Shown: piece by piece, positions 52,301 to 62,200 of the stretch
Numbering within the stretch: position 1 is the stretch's first letter
How the letters are laid out: each line of letters begins with the position of its first letter
Assembly (NCBI RefSeq): GCF_009914755.1
Contig: NC_060926.1
DNA length: 64,000 nucleotides
From: the human T2T-CHM13v2.0 reference genome, Homo sapiens
Reading direction: 5' to 3' (one strand)
Translations under genes and position numbers: made by a program
Notes under the pieces: model-generated
Seen by the model: only the letters and a program-made list of their open reading frames with translations
Database searches by the model: none
Told to the model about the DNA's origin: nothing

Positions 52301-55300
52301 TGGAAACGGGATTGTCTTCATATAAACTCTAGACAGAAGCATTCTCAGAAGCTTCATTGGGATGTTTCAATTGAAGTCACAGTGTTGAACAGTCCCTTTC
52401 ATAGAGCAGGTTTGAAACACTCTTTTTGTAGTATCTGGAAGAGGACATTTGGAGAGATCTCAGGAATACGGTGATAAAGGAAATATCTTCCAATAAAAGC
52501 TAGATAGAAGCAATGTCAGAAACTTTTTCATGATGTATCTACTCAGCTAACAGAGTTGAACCTTTCTTTTGAGAGAGCAGTTTTGAAACACTCTTTTTGT
52601 GGAATCTGCAAGTGGATATTTGTCTAGCTTTGAGGATTTCGTTGGAAACGGGATTACATATAAAAAGCAGACAGCAGCATTCCCAGAAACTTCTTTGTGA
52701 TGTTTGCATTCAAGTCACAGAGTTGAACATTCCCTTTCATAGAGCAGGTTTGAAACACTCTTTTTATAGTATCTGGATGTGGACATTTGGAGCGCTTTCA
52801 GGCCTATGGTGAAAAAGGAAATATCTTCCCCTGAAAACTAGACAGAAGCATTCTCAGAATCTTATTTGTGATGTGCGCCCTCAACTAACAGTGTTGAAAC
52901 TTTCTTTTGATAGAGCAGTTTTGAAACACTCTTTTCGTAAAATCTGCAAGAGGATATTTTGATAGCTTTGAGGATTTCGTTGGAAACGGGATTGTCTTCA
53001 TATAAACTCTAGACAGAAGCATTCTCAGAAGCTTCATTGGGATGTTTCAATTGAAGTCACAGTGTTGAACAGTCCCTTTCATAGAGCAGGTTTAAAACAC
53101 TCTTTTTGTAGTATCTGGAAGTGGACATTTGGAGAGATCTCAGGAATACGGTGATAAAGGAAATATCTTCCAATAAAAGCTAGATAGAAGCAATGTCAGA
53201 AACTTTTTCATGATGTATCTACTCAGCTAACAGAGTTGAACCTTTCTTTTGAGAGAGCAGTTTTGAAACACTCTTTTTGTGGAATCTGCAAGTGTATATT
53301 TGTCTAGCTTTTAGGATTTCGTTGGAAACGGGATTACATATAAAAAGCAGACAGCAGCATTCCCAGTAACTTCTTTGTGATGTTTGCATTCAAGTCACAG
53401 AGTTGAACATTCCCTTTCATAGAGCAGGTTTGAAACACTCTTTTTGTAGTATCTGGATGTGGACATTTGGAGCGCTTTCAGGCCTATGGTGAAAAAGGAA
53501 ATATCTTCCCCTGAAAACTAGAGAGAAGAATTCTCAGAATCTTATTTGTAATGTGCGCCCTCAACTAACAGTGTTGAAGCTTTCTTTTGATAGAGCAGTT
53601 TTGAAACACTCTTTTTGTAAAATCTGAAAGAGGATATTTGGATAGCTTTGAGGATTTCGTTGGAAACGGGATTGTCTTCATATAAACTCTAGACAGAAGC
53701 ATTCTCAGAAGCGTCATTGGGATGTTTCAATTGAAGTCACAGTGTTGAACAGTCCCTTTCATAGAGCAGGTTTGAAACACTCTTTTTGTAGTATCTGGAT
53801 GTGGACATTTGGAGCGCTTTCAGGCCTATGGTTTAAAAGGAAATATCTTCCCCTGAAAACTAGACAGAAGCATTCTCAGAAACTTATTTGTGATGTGCGC
53901 CCTCAACTAACAGTGTTGAAGCATTCTTTTGATAGAGCAGTTTTGAAACACTCTTTTTGTGGAATCTGCAAGTGGATATTTGTCTAGCTTTGAGGATTTC
54001 GTTGGAAACGGGATTACATATAAAAAGCAGACAGCAGCATTCCCAGAAACTTCTTTGTGATGTTTGCATTCAAGTCACAGAGTTGAACATTCCCTTTCAT
54101 AGAGCAGGTTTGAAACACTCTTTTTGTAGTATCTGGATGTGGACATTTGCAGCGCTTTCAGGCCTATGGTGAAAAAGGAAATATCTTCCCCTGAAAACTA
54201 GACAGAAGCATTCTCAGAATCTTATTTGTGATGTGCGCCCTCAACTAACAGTGTTGAAGCTTTCTTTTGATAGAGCAGTTTTGAAACACTCCTTTTGTAA
54301 AATCTGCAAGAGGATATTTGGATAGCTTTGAGGATTTCGTTGGAAACGGGATTGTCTTCATATAAACTCTAGACAGAAGCATTCTCAGAAGCTTCATTGG
54401 GATGTTTCAATTGAAGTCACAGTGTTGAACAGTCCCTTTCATAGAGCAGGTTTGAAACACTCTTTTTGTAGTATCTGGAAGTGGACATTTGGAGCGCTCT
54501 CAGGACTGCGGTGAAAAAGGAAATATCTTCCAATAAAAGCTAGATAGAAGCAATGTCAGAAACTTTTTCATGATGTATCTACTCAGCTAACAGAGTTGAA
54601 CCTTTCTTTTGAGAGAGCAGTTTTGAAACACTCTTTTTGTGGAATCTGCAAGTGGATATTTGTCTAGCTTTGAGGATTTCGTTGGAAACGGGATTACATA
54701 TAAAAAGCAGACAGCAGCATTCCCAGAAACTTCTTTGTGATGTTTGCATTCAAGTCACACAGTTGAACATTCCCTTTCATAGAGCAGGTTTGAAACACTC
54801 TTTTTGTAGTATCTGGAAGTGGACATTTGGAGCGCTCTCAGGACTGCGGTGAAAAAGGAAATATCTTCCAATAAAAGCTAGATAGAAGCAATGTCAGAAA
54901 CTTTTTCATGATGTATCTACTCAGCTAACAGAGTTGAACCTTTCTTTTGAGAGAGCAGTTTTGAAACACTCTTTTTGTGGAATCTGCAAGTGGATATTTG
55001 TCTAGCTTTGAGGATTTCGTTGGAAACGGGATTACATATAAAAAGCAGACAGCAGCATTCCCAGTAACTTCTTTGTGATGTTCGCATTCAAGTCACAGAG
55101 TTGAACATTCCCTTTCATAGAGCAGGTTTGAAACACTCTTTTTGTAGTATCTGGATGTGGACATTTGGAGCGCTTTCAGGCCTATGGTGAAAAAGGAAAT
55201 ATCTTCCCCTGAAAACTACACAGAAGCATTCTCAGAATCTTATTTGTGATGTGCGCCCTCAACTAACAGTGTTGAAGCTTTCTTTTGATAGAGCAGTTTT

Positions 55301-58300
55301 GAAACACTCTTTTTGTAAAATCTGCAAGAGGATATTTGGATAGCTTTGAGGATTTCGTTGGAAACGGGATTGTCTTCATATAAACTCTAGACAGAAGCAT
55401 TCTCAGAAGCTTCATTGGGATGTTTCAATTGAAGTCACAGTGTTGAACAGTCCCTTTCATAGAGCAGGTTTGAAACACACTTTTTGTAGTATCTGGATGT
55501 GGACATTTGGAGCGCTTTCAGGCCTATGGTTTAAAAGGAAATATCTTCCCCTGAAAACTAGACAGGAGCATTCTCAGAAACTTATTTGTGATGTGCGCCC
55601 TCAACAAACAGTGTTGTAGCATTCTTTTGATAGAGCAGTTTTGAAACACTCTTTTTGTGGAATCTGCAAGTGGATATTTGTCTAGCTTTCAGGATTTCGT
55701 TGGAAACGGGATTACATATAAAAAGCAGAAAGCAGCATTCCCAGAAACTTCTTTGTGATGTTTGCATTCAAGTCACAGAGTTGAACATTCCCTTTCATAG
55801 AGCAGGTTTGAAACACTCTTTTTGTAGTATCTGGATGTGGACATTTGGAGCGCTTTCAGGCCTATGGTGAAAAAGGAAATATCTTCCCCTGAAAACTAGA
55901 CAGAAGCATTCTCAGAAACTTATTTGTGATGTGCGCCCTCAACTAACAGTGTTGAACCTTTCTTTTGATAGAGCAGTTTTGAAAAACTCTTTTTGTAATA
56001 TCTGCAAGAGGATATTTGGATAGCTTTGAGGATTTCGTTGGAAACGGGATTACATATAAAAAGCAGACAGCAGCATTCCCAGAATCTTGTTTGTGATGTT
56101 TGCATTCAAGTCACAGAGTTGAACATTCCCTTTCATAGAGCAGGTTTGAAACACTCTTTTTATAGTATCTGGGTGGGGACATTTGGAGCGCTTTCAGGCC
56201 TATGGTGAAAAAGGATATATCTTCTCCTGAAAACTAGACAGAAGCATTCTCAGAATCTTATTCGTGATGTGCGCCCTCAACTAACAGTGTTGAAGCTTTC
56301 TTTTGATAGAGCAGTTTTGAAACACTCTTTTCGTAAAATCTGCAAGAGGATATTTTGATAGCTTTGAGGATTTCGTTGGAAACGGGATTGTCTTCATATA
56401 AACTCTAGACAGAAGCATTCTCAGAAGCTTCATTGGGATGTTTCAATTGAAGTCACAGTGTTGAACAGTCCCTTTCATAGAGCAGGTTTGAAACACTCTT
56501 TTTGTAGTATCTGGAAGTGGACATTTGGAGAGATCTCAGGAATTCGGTGATAAAGGAAATATCTTCCAATAAAAGCTAGATAGAAGCAATGTCAGAAACT
56601 TTTTCATGATGTATCTACTCAGCTAACAGAGTTGAACCTTTCTTTTGAGAGAGCAGTTTTGAAACACTCTTTTTGTGGAATCTGCAAGTGGATATTTGTC
56701 TAGCTTTGAGGATTTCGTTGGAAACGGGATTACATATAAAAAGCAGACAGCAGCATTCCCAGAAACTTCTTTGTGATGTTTGCATTCAAGTCACAGAGTT
56801 GAACATTCCCTTTCATAGAGCAGGTTTGAAACACTCTTTTTGTAGTATCTGGATGTGGACATTTGGAGCGCTTTCAGGCCTATGGTGAAAAAGGAAATAT
56901 CTTCCCCTGAAAACTAGACAGAAGAATTCTCAGAATCTTATTTGTGATGTGCGCCCTCAACTAACAGTGTTGAAGCTTTCTTTTGATAGAGCAGTTTTGA
57001 AACACTCTTTTTGTAAAATCTGCAAGAGGATATTTGGATAGCCTTGAGGATTTCGTTGGAAACGGGATTGTCTTCATGTAAACTCTAGACAGAAGCATTC
57101 TCAGAAGCGTCATTGGGATGTTTCAATTGAAGTCACAGTGTTGAACAGTCCCTTTCATAGAGCAGGTTTGAAACACTCTTTTTGTAGTATCTGGATGTGG
57201 ACATTTGGAGCGCTTTCAGGCCTATGGTTTAAAAGGAAATATCTTCCCCTGAAAACTAGACAGAAGCATTCTCAGAAACTTATTTGTGATGTGCGCCCTC
57301 AACTAACAGTGTTGAAGCATTCTTTTGATAGAGCAGTTTTGAAACACTCTTTTTGTGGAATCTGCAAGTGGATATTTGTCTAGCTTTGAGGATTTCGTTG
57401 GAAACGGGATTACATATAAAAAGCAGACAGCAGCATTCCCAGAAACTTCTTTGTGATGTTTGCATTCAATTCACAGAGTTGAACATTCCCTTTCATAGAG
57501 CAGGTTTGAAACACTCTTTTTGTAGTATCTGGATGTGGACATTTGGAGCGCTTTCAGGCCTACGGTGAAAAAGGAAATATCTTCCCCTGAAAACTAGACA
57601 GAAGCATTCTCAGAATCTTATTTGTGATGTGCGCCCTCAACTAACAGGGTTGAAGCTTTCTTTTGATAGAGCAGTTTTGAAACACTCTTTTTGTAAAATC
57701 TGCAAGAGGATATTTGGATAGCTTTGAGGATTTCGTTGGAAACGGGATTGTCTTCATATAAACTCTAGACAGAAGCATTCTCAGAAGCTTCATTGGGATG
57801 TTTCAATTGAAGTCACAGTGTTGAACAGTCCCTTTCATAGAGCAGGTTTGAAACACTCTTTTTGTAGTATCTGGAAGTGGACATTTGGAGCGCTCTCAGG
57901 ACTGCGGTGAAAAAGGAAATATCTTCCAATAAAAGCTAGATTGAAGCAATGTCAGAAACTTTTTCATGATGTATCTACTCAGCTAACAGAGTTGAACCTT
58001 CCTTTGAGAGAGCAGTTTTGAAACACTCTTTTTGTGGAATCTGCAAGTGGATATTTGTCTAGCTTTGAGGATTTCGTTGGAAACGGGATTACATATAAAA
58101 AGCAGACAGCAGCATTCCCTGTAACTTCTTTGTGATGTTCGCATTCAAGTCACAGAGTTGAACATTCCCTTTCATAGAGCAGGTTTGAAACACTCTTTTT
58201 GTAGTATCTGGATGTGGACATTTGGAGCGCTTTCAGGCCTATGGTGAAAAAGGAAATATCTTCCCCTGAAAACTACACAGAAGCATTCTCAGAATCTTAT

Positions 58301-59200
58301 TTGTGATGTGCGCCCTCAACTAACAGTGTTGAAGCTTTCTTTTGATAGAGCAGTTTTGAAACACTCTTTTTGTAAAATCTGCAAGAGGATATTTGGATAG
58401 CTTTGAGGATTTCGTTGGAAACGGGATTGTCTTCATATAAACTCTAGACAGAAGCATTCTCAGAAGCTTCATTGGGATGTTTCAATTGAAGTCACAGTGT
58501 TGAACAGTCCCTTTCATAGAGCAGGTTTGAAACACTCTTTTTGTAGTATCTGGATGTGGACATTTGGAGCGCTTTCAGGCCTATGGTTTAAAAGGAAATA
58601 TCTTCCCCTGAAAACTAGACAGAAGCATTCTCAGAAACTTATTTGTGATGTGTGCCCTCAACAAACAGTGTTGTAGCATTCTTTTGATAGAGCAGTTTTG
58701 AAACACTCTTTTTGTGGAATCTGCAAGTGTATATTTGTCTAGCTTTGAGGATTTCGTTGGAAACGGGATTACATATAAAAAGCAGAAAGCAGCATTCCCA
58801 GAAACTTCTTTGTGATGTTTGCATTCAAGTCACAGAGTTGAACATTCCCTTTCATAGAGCAGGTTTGAAACACTCTTTTTGTAGTATCTGGATGTGGACA
58901 TTTGGAGCGCTTTCAGGCCTATGGTGAAAAAGGAAATATCTTCCCCTGAAAACTAGACAGAAGCATTCTCAGAAACTTATTTGTGATGTGCGCCCTCAAC
59001 TAACAGTGTTGAACCTTTCTTTTGATAGAGCAGTTTTGAAACACTCTTTTTGTAATATCTGCAAGAGGATATTTGGATAGATTTAAGGATTTCGTTGGAA
59101 ACGGGATTACATATAAAAAGCAGACAGCAGCATTCCCAGAAACTTCTTTGTGATGTTTGCATTCAAGTCACAGAGTTGAACATTCCCTTTCATAGAGCAG
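46400..59200 (+). repeat. 7133-bp (42-monomer) super-repeat, about two interrupted copies
   Basis: ORF offsets of 7133 (46609/53742, 47504/54637, 48522/55655, 49540/56673, 51579/58712) and shared private SNPs. Ends approximate. Confidence 0.9.
47585..47755 (+). repeat. B/D chimeric monomer producing an A-B/D 338-bp 2-mer (also 54718-54888)
   Basis: B 5' half then D 3' half (TGGAAGTGGAC...CTCTCAGGACTGCGG...AATAAAAGCT), directly followed by A; monomer C is skipped. Confidence 0.9.
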
Positions 59201-62200
59201 GTTTGAAACACTCTTTTTGTAGTATCTGGATGTGGACATTTGGAGCGCTTTCAGGCCTATGGTGAAAAAGGAAATATCTTCCCCTGAAAACTAGACAGAA
59301 GCATTCTCAGAATCTTATTTGTGATGTGCGCCCTCAACTAACAGTGTTGAAGCTTTCTTTTGATAGAGCAGTTTTGAAACACTCTTTTCGTAAAATCTGC
59401 AAGAGGATATTTTGATAGCTTTGAGGATTTCGTTGGAAACGGGATTGTCTTCATATAAACTCTAGACAGAAGCATTCTCAGAAGCTTCATTGGGATGTTT
59501 CAATTGAAGTCACAGTGTTGAACAGTCCCTTTCATAGAGCAGGTTTAAAACACTCTTTTTGTAGTATCTGGAAGTGGACATTTGGAGCACTCTCAGGACT
59601 ATGGTGAAAAAGGAAATATCTTCCAATAAAAGCTAGATAGAAGCAATGTCAGAAACTTTTTCATGATGTATCTACTCAGCTAACAGAGTTGAACCTTTCC
59701 TTTGAGAGAGCAGTTTTGAAACACTCTTTTTGTGGAATCTGCAAGTGGATATTTGTCTAGCTTTGAGGATTTCGTTGGAAACGGGATTACATATAAAAAG
59801 CAGACAGCAGCATTCCCAGAAACTTCTTTGTGATGTTTGCATTCAAGTCACACAGTTGAACATTCCCTTTCATAGAGCAGGTTTGAAACACTCTTTTTGT
59901 AGTATCTGGATGTGGACATTTGGAGCGCTTTCAGGCCTATGGTGAAAAAGGAAATATCTTCCCCTGAAAACTAGACAGAAGCATTCTCAGAATCTTATTT
60001 GTGATGTGCGCCCTCAACTAACAGTGTTGAAGCTTTCTTTTGATAGAGCAGTTTTGAAACACTCTTTTTGTAAAATCTGCAAGAGGATATTTGGATAGCT
60101 TTGAGGATTTCGTTGGAAACGGGATTGTCTTCATATAAACTCTAGACAGAAGCATTCTCAGAAGCTTCATTGGGATGTTTCAATTGAAGTCACAGTGTTG
60201 AACAGTCCCTTTCATAGAGCAGGTTTGAAACACTCTTTTTGTAGTATCTGGATGTGGACATTTGGAGCGCTTTCAGGCCTATGGTTTAAAAGGAAATATC
60301 TTCCACTGAAAACTAGACAGAAGCATTCTCAGAAACTTATTTGTGATGTGCGCCCTCAACAAACAGTGTTGTAGCATTCTTTTGATAGAGCAGTTTTGAA
60401 ACACTCTTTTTGTGGAATCTGCAAGTGGATATTTGTCTAGCTTTGAGGATTTCGTTGGAAACGGGATTACATATAAAAAGCAGAAAGCAGCATTCCCAGA
60501 ATCTTCTTTGTGATGTTTGCATTCAAGTCACAGAGTTGAACATTCCCTTTCATAGAGCAGGTTTGAAACACTCTTTTTGTAGTATCTGGATGTGAACATT
60601 TGCAGCGCTTTCAGGCCTAAGGTGAAAAAGGAAGTATCTTCCCCTGAAAACTAGACAGAAGCATTCTCAGAAACTTATTTGTGATGTGCGCCCTCAACTA
60701 ACAGTGTTGAAGCTTTCTTTTGATAGAGCAGTTTTGAAACACTCTTTTTGTAAAATCTGCAAGAGGATATTTGGATAGCTTTGAGGATTTCGTTGGAAAC
60801 GGGATTGTCTTCATATAAACTCTAGACAGAAGCATTCTCAGAAGCTTCATTGGGATGTTTCAATTGAAGTCACAGTGTTGAACAGTCCCTTTCATAGAGC
60901 AGGTTTGAAACATTCTTTTTGTAGTATCTGGATGTGGACATTTGGAGCGCTTTCAGGCCTATGGTTTAAAAGGAAATATCTTCCCCTGAAAACTAGACAG
61001 AAGCATTCTCAGAAACTTATTTGTGATGTGCGCCCTCAACTAACAGTGTTGAAGCATTCTTTTGATAGAGCAGTTTTGAAACACTCTTTTTGTGGAATCT
61101 GCAAGTGGATATTTGTCTAGCTTTGAGGATTTCGTTGGAAACGGGATTACATATAAAAAGCAGACAGCAGCATTCCCAGAAACTTCTTTGTGATGTTTGC
61201 ATTCAAGTCACAGAGTTGAACATTCCCTTTCATAGAGCAGGTTTGAAACACTCTTTTTGTAGCATCTGGATGTGGACATTTGGAGCGCTTTCAGGCCTAT
61301 GGTGAAAAAGGAAATATCTTCCCCTGAAAACTAGACAGAAGAATTCTCAGAATCTTATTTGTGATGTGCGCCCTCAACTAACAGTGTTGAAGCTTTCTTT
61401 TGATAGAGCAGTTTTGAAACACTCTTTTTGTAATATCTGCAAGAGGATATTTGGATAGCCTTGAGGATTTCGTTGGAAACGGGATTGTCTTCATATAAAC
61501 TCTAGACAGAAGCATTCTCAGAAGCGTCATTGGGATGTTTCAATTGAAGTCACAGTGTTGAACAGTCCCTTTCATAGAGCAGGTTTGAAACACTCTTTTT
61601 GTAGTATCTGGATGTGGACATTTGGAGCGCTTTCAGGCCTATGGTTTAAAAGGAAATATCTTCCCCTGAAAACTAGACAGAAGCATTCTCAGAAACTTAT
61701 TTGTGATGTGCGCCCTCAACTAACAGTGTTGAAGCATTCTTTTGATAGAGCAGTTTTGAAACACTCTTTTTGTGGAATCTGCAAGTGGATATTTGTCTAG
61801 CTTTGAGGATTTCGTTGGAAACGGGATTACATATAAAAAGCAGACAGCAGCATTCCCAGAAACTTCTTTGTGATGTTTGCATTCAATTCACAGAGTTGAA
61901 CATTCCCTTTCATAGAGCAGGTTTGAAACACTCTTTTTGTAGTATCTGGATGTGGACATTTGGAGCGCTTTCAGGCCTATGGTGAAAAAGGAAATATCTT
62001 CCCCTGAAAACTAGACAGAAGCATTCTCAGAATCTTATTTGTGATGTGCGCCCTCAACTAACAGTGTTGAAGCTTTCTTTTGATAGAGCAGTTTTGAAAC
62101 ACTCTTTTTGTAAAATCTGCAAGAGGATATTTGGATAGCTTTGAGGATTTCGTTGGAAACGGGATTGTCTTCATATAAACTCTAGACAGAAGCATTCTCA

